A stretch of DNA of 35,426 nucleotides from Candidatus Anderseniibacteriota bacterium (GCA_016197005.1 JACPWO010000001.1:540544-575969), one strand, 5' to 3'; positions 1-9,609 are shown, counted from the stretch's first letter. A program made the numbers and translations. Notes: generated by a model from the letters alone, not told the origin.

Positions 1-51
1 CTGGGTATACATTAAAGGACCTTTCAATCATTCCGTCGTATTATTAAGACT

Positions 52-762
52 ATGGGTGCGCTTATTATTGATATTGAAACGGTGGGCGAAACGTTTGCCG
101 ACTTCGATGACCGGACAAAGGCAGAATTTCTTAAATATGTTAAGGCAAAACCTGGCACGCCTGAGTATGAAGCTGAAGTAGCCGAAGCGGAACGTAACCT
201 TGTTTTTTCGCCTCTCACGGGCCAGATCGTGGCCATCGGCGTACTTGATGCCGATAAAAATAAGGCAGTGGTGTATTTTCAGGCGCCGGGGGCAGACCTT
301 ACGGAAACCAAAGAAGACAATGTAACGTACAAACCACTAACGGAAGAACAAATGCTAGAGAGTTTTTGGGGTGGGGCGACTCGGTACTCAGAATTTGTTA
401 CATGGAACGGACGCACATTTGATATCCCGTACATCAATATTCGTTCCGCTATTCACCACATTCCTATTGGCAAAGATCTTATGTCGAATCGGTACTTAGG
501 AAGTCAGCGATACGAGGCGAAGCATATTGATCTATTCGATCAGGTTAGCTACTACGGTGCGGTGAGACGTCCCGGCGGTCTTCATATGTGGTGTCGGGCG
601 TTTGGTATTGAAACTCCCAAAGACGGCAACGTAGCTGCAAGTGAAGTAGGAAAAGCATTTGCCGACGGGAAATATCTTGATATTGCTCGCTACAATGCAC
701 GCGACTTGTTTGCGACGAGGGAACTCTATACCTACTGGCGACAGTATCTCCGTACCGGTTAG
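52..762 (+). CDS. RNase H-fold 3'-5' exonuclease (PolB-exonuclease-like, DEDDy type)
   Basis: 236 aa ORF. It has an ExoI-like 'IIDIETVG', an ExoII-like 'WNGRTFDIPY' and an ExoIII-like 'YNARD'. Confidence 0.6.
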   Translation: MGALIIDIETVGETFADFDDRTKAEFLKYVKAKPGTPEYEAEVAEAERNLVFSPLTGQIVAIGVLDADKNKAVVYFQAPGADLTETKEDNVTYKPLTEEQMLESFWGGATRYSEFVTWNGRTFDIPYINIRSAIHHIPIGKDLMSNRYLGSQRYEAKHIDLFDQVSYYGAVRRPGGLHMWCRAFGIETPKDGNVAASEVGKAFADGKYLDIARYNARDLFATRELYTYWRQYLRTG

Positions 763-765
763 AGA

Positions 766-3594
766 TTATTCAATTACGATTGTGTGCGGGGGAGTCTCGG
801 TAAAGTTCCCCGTTTTGTCGTAGACGATAGCAAATACTTCAAAGTCACCAGTGCCCGGAGAATCAACCCACGGTACTTCGTAACGATTAGGCGCAGTTGG
901 TGCTACCGTTTTTGTCTGTCCGACTCTACGGGTGTTTGACTCACCAACTTTACGGTAGAGAACATCGACGAGTTCTATACCGCTGCCGTCAGTGGCAGTA
1001 ATCTTAATAGTCTGAGGAAATTGGTTAGCTTTTAACTTTTGACCGTTGAGGGGTGTATGGAGGGTGACGGACGGTGGCGCATCATCAGGGTTAAGAATGA
1101 ATGTACGATGAGCGCGACCAATATAATTATTTTCTGTTATGGCCATAACCAGTAGAGTGCGACGGCCACTAATGTTCTCGTCGAATGAAAGGGATACAGC
1201 TGGGTCTTCACCTGGACCCACGCGAGCGATTTCTTCTCCGTCGAGAAGGAAACGTATCTCTCGTATTGGATGCGGTGAGTCTACTTCTACCCGTACGGTG
1301 ACGGGAGAGTCTTGCAGGATAGTGGTATTTGGTTCAACGATGCGTACCTTTGGCAAGTCTTCCTCGCTGCCAATATCACAGGAAGGAGTAGGAAGGGAGC
1401 CGACATAGATTGGTTCTTCGGGCTTATCTTTGTTGGCTTCGCGGTGGCGGTCACGCCAAGAGGCAACCGCGGCTTCCCATTTTACAAATTGAGGATCAGC
1501 TTCAGCTTGCGCCGGTGGGGGACCGAGCGGATTTGTGCGGCGAATCGAAAAGAGAATACTGTGGACTTCTTTAAAAGTGCGCATCTGTCCCTCCGCCACC
1601 GGACACTCTGGCGTATACAAAGTTTTTGTTGCCTCAACCCATTTCCCTTTTACTTCAGGCAGCTCTCCACGGAGAACAGCGTGGGGAATGTTTTGCAGTG
1701 GTTCAGGACGTGTAAATTGTTCAATTGGTGTGCCCTCTAAGGCTCGACGCATAAACGCATTCCAAACGGGAGCAGCAGTAAGTCCGCTATCTGATCGTTG
1801 GTTCATGGGGGAGTTATCGTTATTACCGACCCACACACCAGCCGCCAGGGACGGAGTATATCCACTCGTCCAGCCATCACGGAATTCTTGCGTAGTACCA
1901 GTCTTTGCAGCTACGGGACGGCTACCTAGCGTAAGAGGGGTGTTCGTACCGAAGACGAGGGCGCGGGCACTGTTATCTGAAAGGACGCTTGTAATTTGGC
2001 GGGCGACTTGTCCTTCCAGGACTTGCTCTCCTTTTGGTGCATCTTTGGTGTCATCAAATAAGGTCTCCTCTCTATTTTCTACTTTTAAAATAGAGCGCTG
2101 GGGATACTTTGCTCCCTCGGCAGCAAAGACGCCGTAGCCGGATACTAAATCAACGAGGCGCACCTCACCACCACCAAGCACGAGAGACAGCCCATATCGT
2201 TCGGGGTCGTTGAGAGACTCCATACCCATCTTTTGGGCAAGATTTGTTGCTTCTTTTACCCCGACTAAATACAACGTTTGCACGGCCGGGATGTTAAGTG
2301 AATTGGCGAGAGCAACCCGCATCGATACTGGTCCATTTTCCTTTAAGTTATAGTTCTTGGGTTTATAGTTCTGACCAAAGTCAGTTTCGGCATCGACTAG
2401 AATGGTTTCTGGAGTAAAGCCTTTGGCAAAAGCAGCCGCGTACACAAAAGGCTTAAAGGACGATCCCGGAGAGCGATGACGAATCGCCACGTTCACATTG
2501 CCGTCAATTTCTTCATTGAAATAATCCAACGATCCAGCCATCGCCAAGATGTCACCATTCTTTGGGTTTACAGCCACGATCGCTGCATTACTTGCCCCTA
2601 GTCCATTAAGACGAGCTGCTTGTTCTTTTAGTACTTCTTCAGCAATTGCTTGTAGACGAGCGTCCAGCGTGGTTGTTACTTTAAGTCCGCCCTGATCAAC
2701 AACTCCCTCACCATATTCAGCGTCGAGTTGTTCTTTAACATAAAAGACAAAGTGAGGGGCAGTAATGTTGTCACTGGGGGGTTGAAAAGCAAGCTCTTCT
2801 TTTTTAGCCGTCTCAGCTTCTTCTTTAGTTACCATCTCCAGACTCGCCATGCGGTCAAGAATATATTCTTGACGACCCTTGAGATCTTCAAAGTGAGAGC
2901 CGTTAGGAGAATAGTAGGACGGGGCTTGGGGAAGTGCGGCCAAGAGGGCAGCCTGAGCTAAAGAAAGATTTTTGGCCGAGCCACCAAAAAATGTTTGAGC
3001 GGCTGCCTCAATACCATACGAGCGGTTACCGTATGGAATGGCATTTAAGTACATTGTTAAAATTTCGTCCTTGGTAAAGCGTTGTTCGAGTTCAATTGCC
3101 AGCACCATTTCTTTTGCTTTACGACGCAGGCTACGCTCGGCCGTAAGGATAGAATTTTTTATAAGCTGCTGAGTAATAGTGGAACCCCCCTGTGCTCGTT
3201 GCCCGGAAAGTGGTTTCAAAATAACGCCGCGAATGATACCGGTGAAGTCTAAACCGTGATGTTTGTAAAATTCAGCATCTTCGGCTGCGAGCGTGGCGTT
3301 TACTAGGAAAGGCGACATATTAGGGAGTTCTACCCAAGTACGACGTGTCTCTCCTATCTCGTAAAGGAGGTGGGTGCCAGTAGAATCGTAGATCTTTGTG
3401 GACTCCGAAAGGTTACTTTCTCTAATATTTTGTGGGTCAGGAAGGTCCCTGCTCCACCACAAAACGGTGCCGGCAGCCCACAAAAACAAAATTCCCACGA
3501 GTGCTAAAGCCCGCCACCGGGCAGCCGGGGAGGCCAGTAGGCCCTTAAGAAAGCGCTGCCAGGCGCCTGAACGCTTAAACCGTCGAGTAGGCAT
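766..3594 (-). CDS. Class A penicillin-binding protein (PBP1A-type transglycosylase/transpeptidase) with a ~240 aa C-terminal Ig-like extension
   Basis: 942 aa with an N-terminal TM helix. GT51 motifs are 'EDAEFYKHHG', 'GGSTITQQLIKN' and 'RKAKE'. Transpeptidase motifs are 'SPGSSFKP' (SxxK), 'SLN' (SxN) and 'KTGTT'. Confidence 0.9.
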   Translation of the reverse strand: MPTRRFKRSGAWQRFLKGLLASPAARWRALALVGILFLWAAGTVLWWSRDLPDPQNIRESNLSESTKIYDSTGTHLLYEIGETRRTWVELPNMSPFLVNATLAAEDAEFYKHHGLDFTGIIRGVILKPLSGQRAQGGSTITQQLIKNSILTAERSLRRKAKEMVLAIELEQRFTKDEILTMYLNAIPYGNRSYGIEAAAQTFFGGSAKNLSLAQAALLAALPQAPSYYSPNGSHFEDLKGRQEYILDRMASLEMVTKEEAETAKKEELAFQPPSDNITAPHFVFYVKEQLDAEYGEGVVDQGGLKVTTTLDARLQAIAEEVLKEQAARLNGLGASNAAIVAVNPKNGDILAMAGSLDYFNEEIDGNVNVAIRHRSPGSSFKPFVYAAAFAKGFTPETILVDAETDFGQNYKPKNYNLKENGPVSMRVALANSLNIPAVQTLYLVGVKEATNLAQKMGMESLNDPERYGLSLVLGGGEVRLVDLVSGYGVFAAEGAKYPQRSILKVENREETLFDDTKDAPKGEQVLEGQVARQITSVLSDNSARALVFGTNTPLTLGSRPVAAKTGTTQEFRDGWTSGYTPSLAAGVWVGNNDNSPMNQRSDSGLTAAPVWNAFMRRALEGTPIEQFTRPEPLQNIPHAVLRGELPEVKGKWVEATKTLYTPECPVAEGQMRTFKEVHSILFSIRRTNPLGPPPAQAEADPQFVKWEAAVASWRDRHREANKDKPEEPIYVGSLPTPSCDIGSEEDLPKVRIVEPNTTILQDSPVTVRVEVDSPHPIREIRFLLDGEEIARVGPGEDPAVSLSFDENISGRRTLLVMAITENNYIGRAHRTFILNPDDAPPSVTLHTPLNGQKLKANQFPQTIKITATDGSGIELVDVLYRKVGESNTRRVGQTKTVAPTAPNRYEVPWVDSPGTGDFEVFAIVYDKTGNFTETPPHTIVIE

Positions 3595-3658
3595 ATAATA
3601 AGAGGGTTGTTACTGTCAGTACCGTACTCAAATGAGGCGGTACCCCGCAAGCCCGAAT

Positions 3659-4972
3659 TTATGGATAGGTATTTTCATTTTTTGACCGTTTAGCGGGGTC
3701 AACTAAGAAGCCGCGCAAGTCGCGACGTCCCAAAATCATGTCGTAGGTGAGATTTTTGCGATCCGCAATGAAAGCCTCGGTTGTAATTTTCTGCCCGCGT
3801 ACCTTCATGGTGAGTTTTATGACCGGACGTACCTGCTCGCCTAAGGCAGATTGCACATGGCGGTGTTCAAGGACCTCAGAAGAAAGTCCGAGTTTTTCCG
3901 CCAGCTTCTGATCAATCGCAGTACGCCAGGCGCCAGTATCTACTTTGGCTGCAACTTTAATTGTTTCGCCGTGACTGTCGATTATCTCGACCGTTTCTTC
4001 TACGCCAAGCACCATTCTTCCTGACAGCTCTTCAATCTCATGCTCTAGCTCGGCGCCGAATAGCTCTTTTGCCAGACGTATCTTTTTCTCCACGCTTGAA
4101 GGGGGTAGTCCTTCAACTCGGCGCAGACGCAGACGAAGCGGAGCGAGATTTGCCACTTGAATTTCAAGTCCGGGGCGCGCGTTTATTTCCAGTACCATCG
4201 GTCCATCATCACGATCAATAGCAATATCGACACCTGCATATGATAAACCAATTGCTTGAGCTGCCCGTACCGATAAATGCAATATGTCATTCCAATACGG
4301 AATACGGACGCCAGCAATGGGTTGGCGTTTACCGGGGAGCGTGTCGATAAGTTTCCCGTGGTGAATAGCGGTCGTGGTGATACCGAGTGATAGATCAATT
4401 CCCACACCAATGCCACCAGCATGTAAATTTGCGCGGCCACCCGACTCTTCTGTGGCGAGGCGAAGCATCGCCATAACCGGCACACCGTTGTAAATAAGGA
4501 GGCGAATATCGGGAATACCCTTAATGGAAAGAGGCTTTAATACCTGATCAATTTTTACGCGCTGCTCGAATAGCGCGGTGTCCGGCACGTTGCCGGAAGA
4601 AAAATCTCCGTCCAGAATATCCATGACGTGGCGGCGTAGTTCAGGTATGAAGACAGCTGTTTTGTCTGCTTTTACCCACTCTCCTTTTTTATTACGACCG
4701 AATATAACCACAACACCACCACCACCGTACGAAGAGCTGGGTTTAAGGACAAACGAAGCAGGAAGCTTTGTCCAACGAAAACGTCGCAGTTCTTGACGAC
4801 TCGAAAGTGTGGCATATAAACGAGGAGTAGAAAGTCCCAGACGATGAAGCGCTTTCTTAGTGGCGAGCTTGTTGTTCGCTAAACGAATTGCTTCAGGAGA
4901 GTTGGATTTGTTGATGTACTCGACTACCCGGGCGTTCATTCCCAGTACACCCTTCCATTCTTTGAGGAACAT
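3659..4972 (-). CDS. ATP-grasp ligase (alpha-L-glutamate ligase-related / RimK-related) fused to a C-terminal retropepsin-like domain (PF05618-type, the so-called 'ATP-dependent Zn protease')
   Basis: 437 aa. The N-terminus 'GVLGMNARVVEYINKSNS...NNKLATKKAL' resembles the RimK-related ligase family. ATP-grasp core elements are 'VLKPSSSYGGGGV' and 'VLEINARPG'. The C-terminal ~110 aa carry 'AKVDTGAWRTAID' (D-T-G-A aspartic-protease signature) and 'DMILGRRDL'. Confidence 0.65.
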   Translation of the reverse strand: MFLKEWKGVLGMNARVVEYINKSNSPEAIRLANNKLATKKALHRLGLSTPRLYATLSSRQELRRFRWTKLPASFVLKPSSSYGGGGVVVIFGRNKKGEWVKADKTAVFIPELRRHVMDILDGDFSSGNVPDTALFEQRVKIDQVLKPLSIKGIPDIRLLIYNGVPVMAMLRLATEESGGRANLHAGGIGVGIDLSLGITTTAIHHGKLIDTLPGKRQPIAGVRIPYWNDILHLSVRAAQAIGLSYAGVDIAIDRDDGPMVLEINARPGLEIQVANLAPLRLRLRRVEGLPPSSVEKKIRLAKELFGAELEHEIEELSGRMVLGVEETVEIIDSHGETIKVAAKVDTGAWRTAIDQKLAEKLGLSSEVLEHRHVQSALGEQVRPVIKLTMKVRGQKITTEAFIADRKNLTYDMILGRRDLRGFLVDPAKRSKNENTYP

Positions 4973-4989
4973 AGGGAGAGGTAAAGGGT

Positions 4990-6546
4990 TTAGGCGTATC
5001 GGAAGAGTTTGCGAAAACGAATGTATTCGGTCAAACGAAGTCCGGTCCAGCGACCCAACAGAATATTTAATGGAATAGCCAGTAGAACTACTTCAGGATA
5101 CGAGACAATAATGGTGCGCATAAGTTGCCAGCTGACAATGTAATAGCAAGCAACTGAGAGAGCGAGAGTCCAGGCGGTAATAGTGAAAGCTTGGCGAGCA
5201 CCTGACTTAAATTGCACCGCAATAAATTCTTCAGCTAGCAGCGTAAGAATAAGGATAGGAAAAATAGAGAAAGAGAGGAGAGTTGTTTGCTCGGTTACAA
5301 TACCGATTCCAAAGAGTGCCAATATAGCCAAGCTGACAGTCGTTAAAACAAGGGCCATGCGTGGTAGATATAAGAGTTGCAATCGTTTCATTAGGAGGCG
5401 AGTAAGAGTGCCCGCAGCCAATATAACCGAGAACACAATAAGTCCATATTCCAAACCAAGAACCAAAAAGCTAAGCGTAGTCATTGCTGGTGTAATGAGT
5501 CCAAAGGCTTTAATGCCAATGACCTGCCGGGCAAAGGATAAGATAGTGGCAATAACGGGGAGCATTAAGATAAGCGTAATGTTGTTAATAGGCACGCCTC
5601 GGTTTACTAAGAAATCCACGGAGAATGACATGAAGTTGGTAATACCAAGATCTCGAACAGTGCGAGCGCTGAATGTTCCCAGGAGGCGGTGAGCAATTTG
5701 TGAGCTAACAATTGCTTGGTGAGCTTCTTCGGCCACCATCGGCTCCAGGAGGAGATCCAGAGTTTGCGGTCGGGTAATAATAACGTAGCTGGGACGGAGG
5801 CGGTCAAACACGGATTGAGCAGCTGGGGCTAAGACGCCAAAGGGAGTATCGGATAAAAGAATAATACCCTTGTCGGATACGCCGAGGTCGCCACTAGATA
5901 ACTCTTGAGACTGTTCAATCCGCTGGCTAAATTTAGAAAAGGCACTCGCTCCCACACTACCAGCGGTCCAACTAAATAAGAGATCGGCACGGCTAATAGC
6001 ATCACGGGCATCGAGCAGTTGATTGGTAAGTTCCTCTTCAATAATTGCTTCCGGGCCGCTACTCTGAGCGCGTAGTTCTACTAAAAGTATTCCGTTTTCG
6101 GCCGCTTGTTGTTGTTTGACTCGCACGGTATCGGGGGAGGCGCTGTCGTCCGTAGTTAAGATAACAACGTGCTCGAATACGACAATTTCAGTGGTGTCTT
6201 CAAGGGATCCTCGGTTGGTTGTGAGGCGAACGTTTACTTTGTATGATCCGGGTTTTTGGTAGGCGTGAGAGACTTTTTCTCCTGTTGTTCGAATGCCATC
6301 ACCAAAGTCCCATAGCACCTCAGTAATTTCTAAGTTTTCAGGAATAGAAGAGCCTGATAGATCAAATGTGAGACGTCGTCCCGTAAAGGTGTGACGGCTG
6401 CTTCCAGTAGTAATACCAATGACCGGCTCTTCAGATTGCTGTTCATCCTTATTTTCCGAAGAAGTATCTTCTTGAGCGTGGGCAAAGCCTGGCAGCACTA
6501 CTGCGGCGATTAAGAGTGCAAAAAGGGATTTTCTTATGCGATACAT
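4990..6546 (-). CDS. Signal peptide + PKD domain + unknown ectodomain + C-terminal 7-TM module (7TM_transglut-like) membrane protein
   Basis: 518 aa with signal peptide 'LLIAAVVLPGFAHAQE'. The PKD signature is 'VLWDFGDGIRTTGEKVSHAYQKPGSYKVNVRLT'. Seven hydrophobic helices occupy the last ~210 aa, ending in 'LLGRWTGLRLTEYIRFR'. The stop lies 17 nt upstream of the ATP-grasp gene start. Confidence 0.6.
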   Translation of the reverse strand: MYRIRKSLFALLIAAVVLPGFAHAQEDTSSENKDEQQSEEPVIGITTGSSRHTFTGRRLTFDLSGSSIPENLEITEVLWDFGDGIRTTGEKVSHAYQKPGSYKVNVRLTTNRGSLEDTTEIVVFEHVVILTTDDSASPDTVRVKQQQAAENGILLVELRAQSSGPEAIIEEELTNQLLDARDAISRADLLFSWTAGSVGASAFSKFSQRIEQSQELSSGDLGVSDKGIILLSDTPFGVLAPAAQSVFDRLRPSYVIITRPQTLDLLLEPMVAEEAHQAIVSSQIAHRLLGTFSARTVRDLGITNFMSFSVDFLVNRGVPINNITLILMLPVIATILSFARQVIGIKAFGLITPAMTTLSFLVLGLEYGLIVFSVILAAGTLTRLLMKRLQLLYLPRMALVLTTVSLAILALFGIGIVTEQTTLLSFSIFPILILTLLAEEFIAVQFKSGARQAFTITAWTLALSVACYYIVSWQLMRTIIVSYPEVVLLAIPLNILLGRWTGLRLTEYIRFRKLFRYA

Positions 6547-6989
6547 AGAGCGGCGGCTAAAGCATCAGCGGCATCATCGGGTTGAGGGGTAATATCGAGA
6601 TGAAGTTGTTGGCGAACAACGCTTTGAACTTGGGATTTAGGAGCGGCACCGTAGCCAGTTAAACGAGATTTTATTTGCAGAGGAGTCAGGGATTCCACCG
6701 GAATATTATTTTGTCTGAGAATATATAACAGAACACCTCGCGCTTGTGCGGTGAGCATAGCCGTCGAGTGATTTTTACCAAAGAAAATTTGTTCCACCGC
6801 TGCCACGTCTGGATGGCTCGTGGCTATGAGCTGAGATAAATCTTCTCCCAACATATTAAGTCGATCAGATACATCGAGGTTCTGAGGAGTAGTGAGACAG
6901 CCGCAACGTACATACGGATTAGCTTTGGACGTATCGATAACGCCAAAGCCGGTTCGGCCGATGCCGGGATCGAGACCAAGAATGATCAT
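6534..6989 (-). CDS. ruvC: Holliday junction resolvase RuvC
   Basis: 151 aa with 'MIILGLDPGIGRTGFGVID', 'AVEQIFFGKN' and the C-terminal 'PDDAADALAAAL'. Confidence 0.85.
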   Translation of the reverse strand: MIILGLDPGIGRTGFGVIDTSKANPYVRCGCLTTPQNLDVSDRLNMLGEDLSQLIATSHPDVAAVEQIFFGKNHSTAMLTAQARGVLLYILRQNNIPVESLTPLQIKSRLTGYGAAPKSQVQSVVRQQLHLDITPQPDDAADALAAALCIA

Positions 6990-7033
6990 AAGCTAAAGTT
7001 TAAAGCTTTTAGTGCGTACCTGGTAGGGGTTTG

Positions 7034-7555
7034 TCAAATTGAGGTAGCGTCAGATGTGACACTGGTAACATCATCTTCAGCCTCCAGTGCCGTCATAAGC
7101 GTCTGTAAAGCCTGATTGTCTGAGTCGGAAAGCTCGAGAGGATACTGTGGTTTACCCCCGTCATTAAATTTCCAATGCACGCTGTTGGGTCCGCCTAACG
7201 ATCCGTTATTATCCCGGAGAATGGTGCGAACTTGTCCGACTGTGCGATTAGGATTATCGGTCGTAGCTTCAATTAAAAGGGCGCTGCCACCCGGACCAAA
7301 AGCTTCATATACAATTGTTTGGAGATTACTTGAATCTTTGTCTTGAAGCAGTCGACTAATATTAGCCTGGGGCATATTAACTTTTTTAGCTCTAGCTATA
7401 ACGTCTCGCAGCAGGGCATTCGCGGCCGGGTCGGCCCCGCCTTGTTTTACAGCACTAATAATTTCTTTGGCTAGTTTAGTAAAAGCCTTTCCTTTTTTAG
7501 CGTCAGTTGCCTCCTTCCGTATTTTAATATTGTGCCATTTGGAATGTCCGCTCAT
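7034..7555 (-). CDS. yebC: YebC/PmpR-family transcriptional regulator, shortened form
   Basis: 173 aa with 'MSGHSKWHNIKIRKEATDAKKGKAFTKLAKEI' and 'YEAFGPGGSALLIEATTDNPNRTV'. About 70 aa of the usual middle/C-terminal domain are missing relative to ~245 aa homologues. Confidence 0.85.
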   Translation of the reverse strand: MSGHSKWHNIKIRKEATDAKKGKAFTKLAKEIISAVKQGGADPAANALLRDVIARAKKVNMPQANISRLLQDKDSSNLQTIVYEAFGPGGSALLIEATTDNPNRTVGQVRTILRDNNGSLGGPNSVHWKFNDGGKPQYPLELSDSDNQALQTLMTALEAEDDVTSVTSDATSI

Positions 7556-8256
7556 GGTGCTGAAACTGAAAATTCTTGTACTTTTTCATTCTTGGCGTTG
7601 ATCGTAGTAGCGATAACAACGGGTGTAAATCCAATACCAATGACTCCATTAGTAACATGCTCAATAAGGCTATTTTGAATACGGCAATTCACACTTTCGG
7701 TATAAATCCCGAGGTTACCCAGTGTAATTGTGGCATGATTAAGAGCCACAACACTTTCCTTTCCACAGGTAATTGTGGGTGAAGCATGATGAAATGTTGC
7801 GTCGGTGATAGTTCCTTTACTTTGCGGCGCGAACACAATCCCTGCCCATGTCTGGTTGGCAACGTGTGTTTCATTAGTGGTGAAGTGAAGTGGATTCGTT
7901 TCTGTTCCCACGGCAATGAGTTCTCCTTCAACAAGGAGTTGCCCATATTCATGCACAAAGACGGTAGTGCCTTCTTCAATACGTAACGTGATTCCCTTCG
8001 GTACTCTGACGACGCCAGGGATAATAACAGGCATAGCTTTGGTGAGGGTCATGTTTTCTAAAATAACAGGAGGTAGAAAAATACCGTCCGTAACGAGCGG
8101 CTGGTGTCGCGGGCCCTCAGATAAGCCATCAGGAGAAAGAAGGCGCTCCACCCAAACCTTTGGTTCGACCTTCTCCAGCCATATAAGAAGAGGAACAATA
8201 ATGAGAGTAAAGAGAGCCAACAGTATTGTCGGGCTTTTAGGTGCAGTAGCTGACAT
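7552..8256 (-). CDS. Hypothetical N-terminally membrane-anchored protein, possibly beta-helix-like
   Basis: 234 aa with one N-terminal TM helix ('ILLALFTLIIVPLLIWL'). The remainder is beta-rich with repetitive turns. Its stop is ATGA-coupled to the yebC start. No family recognised. Confidence 0.45.
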   Translation of the reverse strand: MSATAPKSPTILLALFTLIIVPLLIWLEKVEPKVWVERLLSPDGLSEGPRHQPLVTDGIFLPPVILENMTLTKAMPVIIPGVVRVPKGITLRIEEGTTVFVHEYGQLLVEGELIAVGTETNPLHFTTNETHVANQTWAGIVFAPQSKGTITDATFHHASPTITCGKESVVALNHATITLGNLGIYTESVNCRIQNSLIEHVTNGVIGIGFTPVVIATTINAKNEKVQEFSVSAP

Positions 8257-8598
8257 AGGTAGTAAGTACCCTTATCGTACGGAACGGGTCTGAACATTCA
8301 AATCCAACTCATGACGACTGACAACTTCGCCGGTATTATTTTGTATAAAAAAACTCTTCAATCAGCTGTAGACATGCAGAAGATGAGTGTCGAGGAGCAA
8401 CGCAGCCGAGCCTTTGAACAAGCAAAGGAGCCGCAAGAAGTCCGAACTGGGCACAAACCCCCGAACGCAGATGCCTACAGGTGACTAAAGAGAACTTCTC
8501 AATGTACCGCGAGTATTTTTCGTGGTCAAGGGCATTTGAGGTAGTGGGAGTAAAACTACTCATATAAGAAGGACAGGCCGCCGCCGCCGCTGTATACT

Positions 8599-9609
8599 TT
8601 GTGTATGCCCATCCAAGAGTCCACTGCTTCAGTGATTGTTCCTTCGCCGACGGAAGAAGATACTTCTTTAGACGCGACGCTGCGCCCTCATAAACTCGCC
8701 GATTTTATTGGACAAGGTCAGCTCAAAAAAAGCCTGATCGTTTTTCTTAAGGCCGCTACTGGTCGTCGGGAAGCGCTTGAGCACGTGTTATTGGCTGGTC
8801 CTCCGGGACTAGGGAAGACTAGTTTAGCTCATATTATTGCCCGAGAACTTTCTGCCGGTATCAGGGTGACTGCTGGTCCTGTTTTAACAAAAGTAGCTGA
8901 CCTGGCTGCTATTTTGACGAGTCTGCAAGAGGGGGATGTTCTCTTTATTGATGAGATTCACCGTCTACCGAAGGCAGTAGAAGAAGTGCTTTACCCAGCA
9001 ATGGAGAGTTTTCGTTTAGATATTGTAGTTGGTCAGGGACCAGGGGCTAAGATACTAAAAATAGATTTACCTCCTTTTACCTTAGTCGGGGCAACGACGC
9101 GGGTAGGGATGCTAGGAGGACCGTTGCGCGACCGGTTTGGCATGACGTATAGGCTTACGTTTTACTCGCAGGAGGAGATGGAAAAAATTATCGCTCGATC
9201 GGCTCAATTACTTAATCTTTCTATTGATAACGACTCACTCATAGAAATTGCCCGACGTTGTCGGCGCACGCCGCGGATCGGAAACCGTCTTTTGAAGCGG
9301 GTACGGGATTTTGCTCAGGTACATGATCACGGAGAAGTGAATACCGATGTTGTTCAGAAAACGCTCGATTTATTAGATATTGATGAGCTTGGTCTTGATA
9401 GTGCTGACCGTAAAATACTAGAACTGATGGCGGAACAATTTGAAGGTGGACCAGTAGGCCTACAAACGCTCGCAGCCGTAAGCGCAGAAGAAGAGAGGAC
9501 GTTGGAAGAAGTTATTGAGCCTTACTTGCTCCAGTGTGGCCTTATTACCCGCACCCCTCGTGGTCGTGAGTTAACCCAGGCTGGATTTGATCATCTAGCT
9601 CGAGACTGA
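8599..9609 (+). CDS. ruvB: Holliday junction branch migration helicase RuvB
   Basis: Walker A 'GPPGLGKTSLAHIIA', Walker B 'VLFIDEIHRL', 'GATTR' and 'PRIGNRLLKRVRD'. The ORF opens at a TTG (8599). An in-frame ATG at 8605 is an equally likely start. Confidence 0.9.
   Translation: MCMPIQESTASVIVPSPTEEDTSLDATLRPHKLADFIGQGQLKKSLIVFLKAATGRREALEHVLLAGPPGLGKTSLAHIIARELSAGIRVTAGPVLTKVADLAAILTSLQEGDVLFIDEIHRLPKAVEEVLYPAMESFRLDIVVGQGPGAKILKIDLPPFTLVGATTRVGMLGGPLRDRFGMTYRLTFYSQEEMEKIIARSAQLLNLSIDNDSLIEIARRCRRTPRIGNRLLKRVRDFAQVHDHGEVNTDVVQKTLDLLDIDELGLDSADRKILELMAEQFEGGPVGLQTLAAVSAEEERTLEEVIEPYLLQCGLITRTPRGRELTQAGFDHLARD

Noticed and set aside
1139-2137. Plus-strand ORFs of 89-200 aa (1139..1408, 1312..1740, 1535..2137) inside the PBP1A gene.
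   Set aside because: They lie antisense to a gene with unambiguous PBP motifs. Their Arg/Ser/Cys-rich composition is typical of shadow ORFs, and they have no motifs.
8336-8563. 75 aa minus-strand ORF in the ruvB upstream spacer.
   Set aside because: It has no Shine-Dalgarno sequence and no recognisable motif, and its composition is not protein-like. It is kept only as part of the 'long spacer' note.
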